A DNA stretch of 64,000 nt, from contig JBKJJC010000040.1 of assembly GCA_046598245.1 (NCBI GenBank), positions 472 through 64,471 of the forward strand, read 5' to 3'. Below the pieces are notes generated by a model. The model made no database searches, was not told the DNA's origin, and saw only the letters and a list, made by a program, of their open reading frames with translations. Shown here one piece after another: positions 1-10,628 of this stretch. A program made the translations under genes and the position numbers. This stretch comes from Rhodoferax sp. GTDB taxonomy: Bacteria > Pseudomonadota > Gammaproteobacteria > Burkholderiales > Burkholderiaceae_C. Within the stretch, counting starts at the first letter, position 1; every line of letters begins with the position of its first letter.

Positions 1-1
1 G

Positions 2-661
2 AAGGACCTGTACCAGGCTCAACTCGATATCTTCCTGAACCCCAATGACCCCGCGGTGATTGAGCAAGCGCGTATCGATGGCATTCCCGATGCCTGGATG
101 GATGGAGCCCGCAACAGCCCCGTCTACAAGATGGCGGTGGAGTGGAAGGTGGCGCTGCCGCTGCACCCCGAGTACCGCACGCTGCCCATGGTTTGGTATG
201 TACCGCCACTTTCTCCGATCAACTCGGCAGCCAATGCCGGCCATGTGGGACTGAACGGCGAAATCCCCGACGTTGGCCAACTGCGCATCCCCGTGCAATA
301 CCTGGCCAACCTGCTCACCGCCGGCGACACCGCCCCCGTGGTGCGCGCACTGGAGCGCATGCTGGCCATGCGCGCCTACCAGCGCAGCAAACACGTGGAC
401 AACGTGCAAAACCTGGCCGTGCTGGAGCAAACCGGACTGTCGGTTGCCGAGGTAGAAGAGATGTACCAGATCATGGCGATTGCCAACTACGAAGACCGCT
501 TTGTGATACCGACATCGCACCGTGAATACGCCGAAAACGCGTTTGATTTGCGTGGTGGCTGCGGCTTTTCGTTTGGCAATGGTTGCTCCGACGGCGCATC
601 CGAAACCAGCCTGTTTGGTGGCAGCAAGGCGCGCACCATTCCCATCAAGTCCATGGTCTGA
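2..661 (+). CDS. narH: respiratory nitrate reductase beta subunit, C-terminal part (5' truncated by window)
   Basis: LPLHPEYRTLPMVWYVPPLSP and AIANYEDRFVIP motifs, GCGFSFGNGC tail; followed by narJ and narI. Confidence 0.96.
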   Translation, partial: KDLYQAQLDIFLNPNDPAVIEQARIDGIPDAWMDGARNSPVYKMAVEWKVALPLHPEYRTLPMVWYVPPLSPINSAANAGHVGLNGEIPDVGQLRIPVQYLANLLTAGDTAPVVRALERMLAMRAYQRSKHVDNVQNLAVLEQTGLSVAEVEEMYQIMAIANYEDRFVIPTSHREYAENAFDLRGGCGFSFGNGCSDGASETSLFGGSKARTIPIKSMV

Positions 662-678
662 CCGCTCAGGAGAAAACA

Positions 679-1356
679 ATGAAAGACAACAAGTACTCCT
701 TGCGTGCGCTGGCCTTGCTGCTGGCCTACCCCGACGCCGCCCTGCGCGCCCAATTGCCCCAGTTGGTGGATGCCATCGACGCCGAGGGCGCCGTGCCAGC
801 AGCCCGTCGCCTGGAGATCAAGGCCATGGCAGCCGAGTTGGCACGCATGGCGCCCATGGCTGTGGAAGCCCGCTACGTGGAAACGTTTGACCGGGGCCGC
901 GCCACATCGCTGCACCTGTTCGAGCATGTACACGGCGATTCGCGCGACCGTGGCCCCGCCATGGTGGACCTGGCCAAGACGTATGAAAAAGCCGGTCTAT
1001 TCATGGGCGCTGATGAACTGCCAGACCACCTGTGCGTTGTGATGGAGTTCGCATCTACCCAGCCGGCCAAGTTGGCGGCGGAATTTTTGGGAGAGATGGA
1101 ACACATCCTGACCGCCATTTTTAGCGCCTTGTTGAAGCGCGAAAGTCCGTACGCCACGCTGGTGGCTGCGGTGCTGGAGTTGGCCGGCCAAAAAGTGCAG
1201 GCCGTGCCCGTAGTCGCTGACGAAGCCATGGATGACGCCTGGATCGAGCCCATGGCATTTGACGGCTGCAGCACCAAGGGCCAAGCCAAGCCGGGTGCTC
1301 CACAGCCTATTCACTTTGTTCGCAAGGCGCCAGCCGCACAAGGAGTGAGCTTATGA
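679..1356 (+). CDS. narJ: nitrate reductase molybdenum cofactor assembly chaperone
   Basis: YVETFDRGRATSLHLFEHVHGDSRDRG and ELPDHL motifs; AGGAG RBS before ATG 679. Confidence 0.95.
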   Translation: MKDNKYSLRALALLLAYPDAALRAQLPQLVDAIDAEGAVPAARRLEIKAMAAELARMAPMAVEARYVETFDRGRATSLHLFEHVHGDSRDRGPAMVDLAKTYEKAGLFMGADELPDHLCVVMEFASTQPAKLAAEFLGEMEHILTAIFSALLKRESPYATLVAAVLELAGQKVQAVPVVADEAMDDAWIEPMAFDGCSTKGQAKPGAPQPIHFVRKAPAAQGVSL

Positions 1357-1357
1357 G

Positions 1358-1429
1358 CCCCCACACTCACTTTCGTTCGTTGCCCCCCACGGGGACTTTC
1401 AGCCTCCCTGAGGCGGCTCTACGGAGACT
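1358..1429 (+). repeat. palindromic dispersed repeat family B (CCCCCAC..TCG.TGCCCCCC..GGGG), copy in narJ-narI spacer
   Basis: aligns by eye with 46579-46670 in two blocks (CCCCCAC.CTC...TGCCCCCC..GGGG and C.TG.GGCGGC.C..CGG). Confidence 0.65.
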
Positions 1430-1432
1430 TTC

Positions 1433-2161
1433 ATGACCCCCTTCGACAACTTCCTTTTTGGTATCTACCCCTATATCTGCCTGACCGTATTCTTGCTGGG
1501 CAGTTTGATCCGCTTTGACCGGGACCAGTATTCCTGGAAAAGTGATTCATCACAACTGTTGCGCGCGGGCCAGTTGCGCTGGGGCAGCAACCTGTTCCAT
1601 GTAGGGGTGTTGTTCCTGTTCTTTGGCCACACCTTTGGCATGTTGACGCCCCACTTTGTGTATGAGCGCTTCATCGGCGCGGGCGACAAACAAATCATGG
1701 CCATGGTCTCGGGTGGCTTGTTCGGCGTGTTGGGCTTTATTGGCGTGAGCCTGCTGCTGCACCGCCGCCTGTTTGACGAGCGCATACGCGCCAACTCAAA
1801 ACCCAGCGACATCCTTCTGTTGGTCTTGTTGTGGCTACAACTGGTGTTGGGCTTAGCCACCATTCCCTTGTCGGCACAACACCTGGACGGCAGCATGATG
1901 ATGAAATTGGCCGGTTGGGCCCAGGCCATCATGACATTCCAGGCGGGGGCACCTGCCTTGTTGGCCGAGGCAGGTTTCATCTTCAAGCTGCACATGTTCC
2001 TGGGTATGTCGATATTCCTGATTTTCCCGTTTACCCGCTTGGTGCATGTCTGGAGTGGTTTTGGCACGGTGGCCTACCTGGTTCGCCCCTACCAACTGGT
2101 GCGTAGCCGCCGCGTTGGCATGGCCCCCTCCACACCGCTGAGCCAGCGGCGCGGCGACTGA
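1433..2161 (+). CDS. narI: respiratory nitrate reductase gamma subunit (cytochrome b)
   Basis: five hydrophobic segments, heme-ligand His pattern, FPFTRLVH motif. Confidence 0.96.
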   Translation: MTPFDNFLFGIYPYICLTVFLLGSLIRFDRDQYSWKSDSSQLLRAGQLRWGSNLFHVGVLFLFFGHTFGMLTPHFVYERFIGAGDKQIMAMVSGGLFGVLGFIGVSLLLHRRLFDERIRANSKPSDILLLVLLWLQLVLGLATIPLSAQHLDGSMMMKLAGWAQAIMTFQAGAPALLAEAGFIFKLHMFLGMSIFLIFPFTRLVHVWSGFGTVAYLVRPYQLVRSRRVGMAPSTPLSQRRGD

Positions 2162-2182
2162 TTCACTGCAAGGAAACACACC

Positions 2183-3031
2183 ATGCAAACTATATCTTCT
2201 GCATCTGGGGGCTGCGGCAGCGGCGCCTGCGGCTGTGCCAGCGCGGCAGCGGCTGCGGCCAACCCTGTACCCACTATCAACGGCATCGCCCTCTTTGAGC
2301 AGGGGCAAAACCCGCCTAAAGAGGCCGTGCAAGAGCTGGCCTACGCAGAGCTGCTGCGCCAAGAGGCCGTCAAAGCCGGCTCGTTGCCACGCCACAAGGG
2401 CTTGGTAGCACCTGAGCTGAATGACGCCGAGCGTTTAATTGTGGAAACCATGGTGGACGGCGCAGTGACCACACCCCTGCCCACCAAAGAGGAATGCCAG
2501 CGTTACTATGACGCCAACAAGGCGCAGTTTGTCGTCGGCCAGGCGTTACACCTGCGCCACATACTGTTTGCAGTGACACCCGGCGTCAATGTGCAGGCTC
2601 TGGCCACCCATGCCGAGAAAGCCCTGCTGGAGTTGTTGCACAAAGACGCCCCCAAAGAGCGCTTTGGCCAATTGGCGGCAGAGTTATCCAACTGCCCGAC
2701 CAGCACCCAAGGCGGAGACCTGGGATGGGTCACGCCAGAAGATTGCGCGCCTGAGCTGGCCAATGAGTTGTTTCACCAGAACCACGCGCAGCGCGGCAAC
2801 GGTGTGCACACCAAACTAATGCATTCGCGCTTTGGTTTTCACATCATGGAGGTGTTGGGCCGGCGCGAGGGTGAGCAAAAGACCTACGCGGACGTGCAAG
2901 AGCGCATTGCAGCGCAGCTGACGCTGCAGTCGCGCTCCAAAGCGCTGCGCCAATACATGAGCCTGCTGGTGGGGCAGGCACTGGTTGAAGGTATTGAGCT
3001 GGAAGGGGCAGATTCGCCCTTGGTGCAATGA
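2183..3031 (+). CDS. parvulin/PpiC-type peptidyl-prolyl isomerase (NifM-like, nar-associated)
   Basis: RHILF, SNCPT..GGDLGW and SRFGFHI rotamase motifs. Confidence 0.9.
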   Translation: MQTISSASGGCGSGACGCASAAAAAANPVPTINGIALFEQGQNPPKEAVQELAYAELLRQEAVKAGSLPRHKGLVAPELNDAERLIVETMVDGAVTTPLPTKEECQRYYDANKAQFVVGQALHLRHILFAVTPGVNVQALATHAEKALLELLHKDAPKERFGQLAAELSNCPTSTQGGDLGWVTPEDCAPELANELFHQNHAQRGNGVHTKLMHSRFGFHIMEVLGRREGEQKTYADVQERIAAQLTLQSRSKALRQYMSLLVGQALVEGIELEGADSPLVQ

Positions 3032-3735
3032 CCACCGCCGCAGCAGGCCCTGACGAACTCCTGTTGCGCCTGCGTGGCTTCAAGTCCGACTACTTCCCCC
3101 TGCACCAGCAGCGCTTTCAAGACCTGGTGCACCAAGGCCAGCACCCCAAGACGCTGTTCATTGGGTGTTCGGATTCGCGCCTGGTGCCCTACCTGCTGAC
3201 CGGGGCGGGGCCGGGCGAGCTTTTTATCGTACGCAACGTGGGGGCGTTTGTGCCACCGTATGACGGCTCACATGGCCTGCACGGCACCACGGCGGCCATC
3301 GAATTTGCCGTACTCAGTTTGCAGGTTGAGCGCATCATTTTGTGCGGGCACAGCCACTGCGGCGCTATACGTGCCGCGTACGACGGCGTGCCAGACGAGG
3401 CCATCGCCCTCAAGGCGTGGCTCAAACTGGCAGAGGAGGCCTTGCTGCCGGTGCAGTCCTGCCCAGAGTCGATGCGCCGCACCGAGCAACGCGCCGTCGT
3501 GTTGCAACTCGAACGGCTGATGGCCTACCCCATGGTGCGCCGGGAAGTGGAGGCAGGGCGTCTCACCCTGCACGGCTGGCACTATGTGATTGAGGACGGC
3601 GAGATCCATGTATTTGATGCCCAGAGTGCCAGCTTTGTGCCGGCCTCTTTGGCGACCAACAGTGGCACCGGGCCCTACCAACCCTATGTCGAACACGATG
3701 GCCAGGTGATTTCGATACCCGAGGACGCACTGTGA
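3028..3735 (+). CDS. beta-class carbonic anhydrase
   Basis: CSDSR and HSHCG zinc motifs, GELFIVRNVG. Confidence 0.95.
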   Translation: MTTAAAGPDELLLRLRGFKSDYFPLHQQRFQDLVHQGQHPKTLFIGCSDSRLVPYLLTGAGPGELFIVRNVGAFVPPYDGSHGLHGTTAAIEFAVLSLQVERIILCGHSHCGAIRAAYDGVPDEAIALKAWLKLAEEALLPVQSCPESMRRTEQRAVVLQLERLMAYPMVRREVEAGRLTLHGWHYVIEDGEIHVFDAQSASFVPASLATNSGTGPYQPYVEHDGQVISIPEDAL

Positions 3736-4982
3736 GCTGGCATCCACGCCACCTGCTGCTGGCCCCGCACCGGCTGGGGTTTTTCTTGGCCATGCTGGTG
3801 TTATGCGTTGCGGGCCTATGGTGGGCCTTGGTGCAGGTGGACCGGCTGAGCGGCGTGTTGGGACTGGGCTACGTGCTCTCGCCCTCACTGGTGCATGGGG
3901 CGGTCATGAGTTTTGGCTTCATCCCGCTGTTCTTCTCCGGCTTTCTGTTCACGGCAGGCCCCAAGTGGCTGGGCGTGGCACCCCCCAATGTGCCGCAGCT
4001 GCTGGCGCCTCTGCTTTTTCAAACCACAGGCTGGTTGTTATGGCTAGTGGGCGCGCACATGCACCTGGCGATTGGCCTGCTCGGTCTGGTATTGAGTTTG
4101 ATCGGCCTGTGTTGGATGAGCGCCATGTTTTGGCGCCTGGTGTTGCGAAGCCAGGCAACGGATCAGCTGCATGCACGGGTGATTGCCGTGGCCTGCGGTG
4201 TGGGCTGCCTCAGTGTGCTGGGTCTGGCCATCAGTGTGGCCACTGGAGCCGATGCGGCAGCACTGGCATGTGTACTGAGCGGTCTGTGGGGCTTTGTGGT
4301 GGCGGTGTATGTCGTTGTGGCCCATCGCATGATTCCGTTCTTTACTTCCAGCGCCATGCCGCAGTTGGCAGCGTGGCGCCCTTTCTGGGCCTTGGGTCTG
4401 ATGCTGGCGGTGGTCGTGCTGGAAGTGATTGCCGCGTGGGAGGATGTGTTGCGCCTTTCCAGTACGTTCGCATGGGGTACCGCCTGGCTGTTGTTGCGCG
4501 GCACGTTAGAGCTGTTGGCAGGCGCCGTGCTGTTGTGGCTCGCCAGCGTGTGGGGGCTGGTGCAAAGTTTGAAGAACCGCTTGCTGGCAATGCTGCACAT
4601 TGGTTTTGTATGGTTGGGCCTGGCGCTGGTCATCGGTGGGGGTAGCCTGTGGTTCAGCTGGGCCACAGGCACAACCGTGCTGCCGCTGGGCGCACTGCAT
4701 GCGCTCACCATGGGCTGCCTGGCATCCCTCATGCTGGCCATGGTGACCCGTGTTTCTGTGGGTCACAGCGGGCGTGCACTGGTCGCCGACAACGGGGTGT
4801 GGGCGTTGTTTTTGCTTTTGCAGGGCGTGACCGTGTTGCGCATATTGGCGGCATGGCCCACAGGCATTAGCGCCTGGCTCCTATTGCTCGCTGCGTTGCT
4901 CTGGCTAACCACCATGGTTCTGTGGGCTGGCCGCCTGACAAACTGGTATGGCCGACTGCGCCCCGATGGGCGGGCCGGATAA
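3732..4982 (+). CDS. nnrS: NnrS family membrane protein (NO/nitrosative stress)
   Basis: APHRLGF, GFLFTAGPKW, RMIPFFT, HAL and MVTRVSVGHSGR motifs; polytopic. Confidence 0.9.
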   Translation: MSWHPRHLLLAPHRLGFFLAMLVLCVAGLWWALVQVDRLSGVLGLGYVLSPSLVHGAVMSFGFIPLFFSGFLFTAGPKWLGVAPPNVPQLLAPLLFQTTGWLLWLVGAHMHLAIGLLGLVLSLIGLCWMSAMFWRLVLRSQATDQLHARVIAVACGVGCLSVLGLAISVATGADAAALACVLSGLWGFVVAVYVVVAHRMIPFFTSSAMPQLAAWRPFWALGLMLAVVVLEVIAAWEDVLRLSSTFAWGTAWLLLRGTLELLAGAVLLWLASVWGLVQSLKNRLLAMLHIGFVWLGLALVIGGGSLWFSWATGTTVLPLGALHALTMGCLASLMLAMVTRVSVGHSGRALVADNGVWALFLLLQGVTVLRILAAWPTGISAWLLLLAALLWLTTMVLWAGRLTNWYGRLRPDGRAG

Positions 4983-5003
4983 ATTTAACAAGGAGACTTT
5001 CCC

Positions 5004-5420
5004 ATGATTTCCCACTTTGACGATTTAGTGCAGGCCGCACGTGAACAGACCGCCCCACAACGCCTGCTGCTGGTCTTTGCCGGCGCCGAATTGCCGGACG
5101 ATGCCGATGCCGGGCAACGCGCCCGTTTCGAGGCTGGCGAGGGCGGCGCGCTGGTGCCGCTGATGTGTGTGGACAAGCGGCCTGAAGAGGTGGTCTCGTT
5201 TGCCCAACTATGTTCCGAAGCAGACGGCATGCACAGCGGCTGGCGGGTAGTGCTCGCTGGTGCCTTGTCAGGCCTGCCAGGCGAGGCCATCAACGACAAG
5301 GCAGTGGACGCCGCATTTGAACGGCTGTTGGGGCTCATAAAGGCGGGGCGGATGGACCAAGTGTTGACCCAAACCCTGGCATTCACCCGCGATGGTGCTG
5401 CGGTTTCGCTACAAGCCTGA
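5004..5420 (+). CDS. conserved hypothetical protein
   Basis: AGGAG RBS, operonic position, QRLLLVF and PLMCVDK motifs; function unknown. Confidence 0.75.
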   Translation: MISHFDDLVQAAREQTAPQRLLLVFAGAELPDDADAGQRARFEAGEGGALVPLMCVDKRPEEVVSFAQLCSEADGMHSGWRVVLAGALSGLPGEAINDKAVDAAFERLLGLIKAGRMDQVLTQTLAFTRDGAAVSLQA

Positions 5421-5435
5421 CTACAAATCGTCGCC

Positions 5436-6020
5436 ATGCACATCCCCACTGAACCAGGCTTGCATACTGCCCTGGCAAGCTGGGAGCAACCCTTTGAGAT
5501 GTTACGCGCGTGCCACGAGCGGGTGCAGCGCATGCTCACCCTATTGGGCAAGCTGCAAGCCCATGTGCTGTTGCATGGTGTGGACGACCAGGCCAAACAA
5601 GCCGCAAAAGATGTGATGCGCTACTTTGACCAGGCCGCTCCCTTGCACCACCAGGATGAGGAATTACATGTCTTTCCTGCGGTACAGCGCAGTGGGAATC
5701 CCGATGCCATTGCGGCGGCCAACCGACTCGGCGATGAACACCAGTCCATGGAGTCAGAGTGGCGTCAATTGCGTACCGCATTGCTGGCCCTGCTGACCGA
5801 AAAACCGTCCGCTCCACTGCCCACGGCATGGCAGACCGACCAAATGGTGCGAACCTTTAGCGCGCGGTACACCGAACACATACGGATTGAAGAAGAAATT
5901 GTCTACCCCAGTGTTGAAGGCGGCTTGGCCCCGGAGGACGCCGAATACATGGGTCGCGAAATGGCTGCGCGGCGGGGCGCAGGCCCGCACTTCTGGGGTT
6001 TCCCACCACCTCGGCCTTGA
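5436..6020 (+). CDS. hemerythrin HHE domain protein
   Basis: CHER, HHQDEE..FP, EH and HIRIEE..YP motifs. Confidence 0.9.
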   Translation: MHIPTEPGLHTALASWEQPFEMLRACHERVQRMLTLLGKLQAHVLLHGVDDQAKQAAKDVMRYFDQAAPLHHQDEELHVFPAVQRSGNPDAIAAANRLGDEHQSMESEWRQLRTALLALLTEKPSAPLPTAWQTDQMVRTFSARYTEHIRIEEEIVYPSVEGGLAPEDAEYMGREMAARRGAGPHFWGFPPPRP

Positions 6021-6042
6021 AACTTCTGCAAATGCCCTTATC
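6016..6042 (+). promoter_or_regulatory. sigma32 (RpoH)-type promoter for groESL
   Basis: CTTGAA-N13-CCCTTATC, close to the CTTGAA-N13-17-CCCCATNT consensus. Confidence 0.75.
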
Positions 6043-6043
6043 A

Positions 6044-6070
6044 TTAGCACTCGTCGGTATTGAGTGCTAA
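6044..6070. promoter_or_regulatory. CIRCE element (HrcA operator)
   Basis: perfect TTAGCACTC-N9-GAGTGCTAA upstream of groES. Confidence 0.97.
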
Positions 6071-6160
6071 CAGCAACCGGTACCGCAAGTTAATGAGTAC
6101 TAACTTATTGAAGTTGGTACACGTTGAGTTTGTAATTGTTTCAAAAACAGGAGATTCCCC

Positions 6161-6451
6161 ATGAAACTGCGTCCTTTGGCAGACCGCGTGATTGTTAAAC
6201 GCGTCGAAAACGAAACCAAAACTGCCTCCGGCATCGTCATCCCTGACAGCGCTGCAGAAAAGCCTGATCAAGGTGAAGTCTTGGCCGTGGGCCCAGGCAA
6301 GAAGAACGACAAGGGTGACCTGATTGCCATGAACGTCAAGGTCGGTGACCGCGTTTTGTTTGGCAAGTACAGCGGCCAGACAGTCAAGGTCGCTGGTGAC
6401 GAGCTGTTGGTCATGAAAGAAGACGATTTGTTTGCGGTTGTTGAGAAGTAA
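6161..6451 (+). CDS. groES: co-chaperonin GroES
   Basis: [25 protein letters not shown]. Confidence 0.99.
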   Translation: MKLRPLADRVIVKRVENETKTASGIVIPDSAAEKPDQGEVLAVGPGKKNDKGDLIAMNVKVGDRVLFGKYSGQTVKVAGDELLVMKEDDLFAVVEK

Positions 6452-6486
6452 TTTCTCAGCCTTACCTAGTCTCATCAATTAACTGA

Positions 6487-8157
<1,671 letters not shown>

Positions 8158-8171
8158 TTGCTTTGCTCCTT

Positions 8172-8258
8172 GCCTGAGGGCTGATCGCCGCGTTGCTTGG
8201 GCTTGCCGTACCGCTGGTACTGTCAGCGCCCAAGCGCCTTGCGCTAAGCCCTCATGCA
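8172..8258. repeat. long imperfect palindrome (REP-like) after groEL
   Basis: TGAGGGCT/AGCCCTCA, CTTGGGC/GCCCAAG and GTACC/GGTAC nested inverted arms. Confidence 0.6.
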
Positions 8259-8292
8259 GCGTCGGGTTGCTATATTGCTCTCGACGAAAATC

Positions 8293-8328
8293 AAAAAACC
8301 CGCCGGGTGCGAACCTGGCGGGTTTTTT
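8293..8328. terminator. bidirectional rho-independent terminator
   Basis: AAAAAACCCGCCGGGT-gcga-ACCTGGCGGGTTTTTT between convergent genes. Confidence 0.9.
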
Positions 8329-8339
8329 GTTGTCTAGAT

Positions 8340-8403
8340 ACTACTAAAATGAGAGCACTACAAGTCCATTCCACGGGGGCTAGAACACTATTTGACTATA
8401 AAT
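8340..8403 (+). repeat. dispersed repeat family A, copy 1
   Basis: degenerate GCTAT..ATAGC arm plus CACGGGGGCTAGAA core. Confidence 0.8.
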
Positions 8404-8418
8404 CTCTTGGTAAACGGC

Positions 8419-9045
8419 TTACAAATAGCCGAACTGGTCCGAGATGTGGGTCTGCAACTGCTCGGCTGACTCAAATTGCACCGCGTGCCAACCCTGGCCC
8501 TGTGCCGCCAGTACATTGGGCAGCAGGTCGTCGATGAACAGGGTGCGTGCGGGCTCCAGTGCGTAGCGGGATTGCAGCAGATGGTAAATCACCGGGCTCG
8601 GCTTAATGTGCAGCACATCACTGGAAAATATGCCCCCATCAAACCATTGCAGAAACGCATGGCGCTGCTCCAATACACGGGCGTAGGGCCTGGGCATGTT
8701 GGACAGGTAATACAAGCGCAAATCAGCGTGCTGGCTGCGCAGCGTGTGCAGTTGCTCCAGCAGGGCCACTGTTGCGGGTATGGGTTGCAGGCGCTCGCCG
8801 ATGTGCGCCACCAGTTCACGCAGCACCTCGGCGTCCAAATCCAGGCGTTCGCTGGTGCGCGCTATCAGCACATCCATCTCTAGCACGCCCTGGTCAAAAC
8901 CATTCCATTCCGCGTGGGCAAACATGGCGTGCGCCAGCTCGGCCGCCGCTGCAGGCGTACCAGCCCGCTGCGGAAAACACTGGGCCATCAAGTCTGCCGG
9001 CTTCCAGGTGAACAACACGGCGCCAAAATCGAATACGAAGTTCAT
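8419..9045 (-). CDS. HAD family phosphatase
   Basis: FDFGAV motif I, LSN, KP and FIDD motifs. Confidence 0.88.
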   Translation of the reverse strand: MNFVFDFGAVLFTWKPADLMAQCFPQRAGTPAAAAELAHAMFAHAEWNGFDQGVLEMDVLIARTSERLDLDAEVLRELVAHIGERLQPIPATVALLEQLHTLRSQHADLRLYYLSNMPRPYARVLEQRHAFLQWFDGGIFSSDVLHIKPSPVIYHLLQSRYALEPARTLFIDDLLPNVLAAQGQGWHAVQFESAEQLQTHISDQFGYL

Positions 9046-9055
9046 CCGCTGCAAA

Positions 9056-10624
9056 TCACGTCCGCATCAGCGCCAACAACCCGGCAGTAGACCCATCCAG
9101 CCCCGCGGTGTCGCCGCTTAGCAGCCGAGCTTCTACGTCCTTGGCCAAGACCTTGCCCAGCTCCACGCCCCACTGGTCAAAACTGTTGATGCCCCAGACC
9201 GAGCCACTGACGAACACACGGTGTTCCTGCAAGGCGATCAAAGCGCCCAATGTTGTGGGCGTGAGTTCGTCCAGCAACAAAAAGGTACTTGGCCGGTTAC
9301 CTGGAAAATTCTTCTGCCCGCCGGAATCTGCCTTACCCACCATCAGCGCCTGCGCCTGCGCTAGCACATTCGCTAACAACAGTGTCTGGTGGCCCGCCAG
9401 CGCATGCCGCGCTTTTTTGACTGCAACAAACTCCACTGGCACCACATCGGTACCCTGGTGCAGCATCTGGAAGTAGGCGTGTTGCCCGTTGGTGCCCGGC
9501 TCGCCCCACAACGCGGGCGACGTTGCAAACGGCAAGGCCTCGCCCGAGGCGTCCACCCGCTTGCCATTGCTTTCCATCTCCAACTGTTGCAAATAGGCTG
9601 GGTAGCGCTTGAGCGCAGCGTGGTAGGGCGCAATGCTGCGGCTGGTGAAGCCGTGAAAATTGCGGTACCAGACATCCAGCAAACCCAGTCGGACCGGCAA
9701 GTTGCTGGCCAGCGGCGCCGTGCGGAAGTGCTCGTCCATGTCGTGCGCACCGGCTAAAAACTCTCTGAATCCCTGCGGCCCGATCGCAATCGCAAGAGGC
9801 AAGCCAATAGCCGACCACAACGAATAGCGCCCACCCACCCAGTCCCAGAACCCGAAGGTAGTGCTGATACCAAAGGCCTGCGCCGCTTCCACGTTCGTCG
9901 TTAGTGCCGCAAAGTGCCGCGCTGTGTCCGTGCCACCCTTTGCTGCAAACCAAGCCTTGGCCGAGCAGGCATTGGTCATGGTCTCGATGGTGGTGAAGGT
10001 CTTGCTGGCGATCAGGAACAGTGTGCTTTCGGGTTTGAGTTTCTTGAGCACTGCGTCCAGCTCATGCCCATCCACATTGGACACAAAGTGGAATCGCTTA
10101 CCCGCAGTCGAAAACGCATCCAGCGCCAGCACCGCCATCTGTGGCCCTAGGTCAGAGCCGCCTATGCCGATGTTCACTACGTCGGTGATTGCGGCGTCGT
10201 CCCGCACGGCCTGCGCATAGGCCAGCATGGCGTCCAACGTCGTGTGCACCTGCGCCAATTCAGGCGCTACATTTTTAATAGCGGCATTGCCAATATCCGC
10301 GGTGGCTAGAGGCGGATATCGCAATAACCAGTGCATCACGGCGCGATTTTCCGTGGTATTCACAGCCTCACCGGCAAACATGGCAGCGCGGTGCGCCTCT
10401 ACCCCGCACTCGCGCGCCAAGTTCTGTAGCAGGGCTTCAGTGGCCCCATCCAACATGTTTTTGGACAGGTCGGCAAACACGTGGGGGGCGGACTGGCTCA
10501 GCCGCGCAAAGCGCTCTGGGTCGCTGGCAAAGGCTTGGCGTAGGTCGAACGCGCCAGCGCCGTTGTCCCACGCGGCTTGCAGAGCGCCCCAGGCGGCAGT
10601 GCGGTCACAACGGGTACGGATCAT
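9056..10624 (-). CDS. pgi: glucose-6-phosphate isomerase
   Basis: GIGGSDLGP, ASKTFTT, DWVGGRYSLWS and FDQWGVELGK motifs. Confidence 0.98.
   Translation of the reverse strand: MIRTRCDRTAAWGALQAAWDNGAGAFDLRQAFASDPERFARLSQSAPHVFADLSKNMLDGATEALLQNLARECGVEAHRAAMFAGEAVNTTENRAVMHWLLRYPPLATADIGNAAIKNVAPELAQVHTTLDAMLAYAQAVRDDAAITDVVNIGIGGSDLGPQMAVLALDAFSTAGKRFHFVSNVDGHELDAVLKKLKPESTLFLIASKTFTTIETMTNACSAKAWFAAKGGTDTARHFAALTTNVEAAQAFGISTTFGFWDWVGGRYSLWSAIGLPLAIAIGPQGFREFLAGAHDMDEHFRTAPLASNLPVRLGLLDVWYRNFHGFTSRSIAPYHAALKRYPAYLQQLEMESNGKRVDASGEALPFATSPALWGEPGTNGQHAYFQMLHQGTDVVPVEFVAVKKARHALAGHQTLLLANVLAQAQALMVGKADSGGQKNFPGNRPSTFLLLDELTPTTLGALIALQEHRVFVSGSVWGINSFDQWGVELGKVLAKDVEARLLSGDTAGLDGSTAGLLALMRT
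10266..10320 (+). repeat. dispersed repeat family A, copy inside pgi (in frame, antisense)
   Basis: GCTACATTTTTAATAGC..CGCGGTGGCTAGAGGC; encodes YPPLATADIGNAAIKNVA. Confidence 0.75.
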
Positions 10625-10628
10625 GGTT

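Noticed and set aside
5004-5420. Ribonucleotide reductase label, which I recall being attached to similar small proteins
   Set aside because: 138 aa with no RNR catalytic motifs; left as hypothetical
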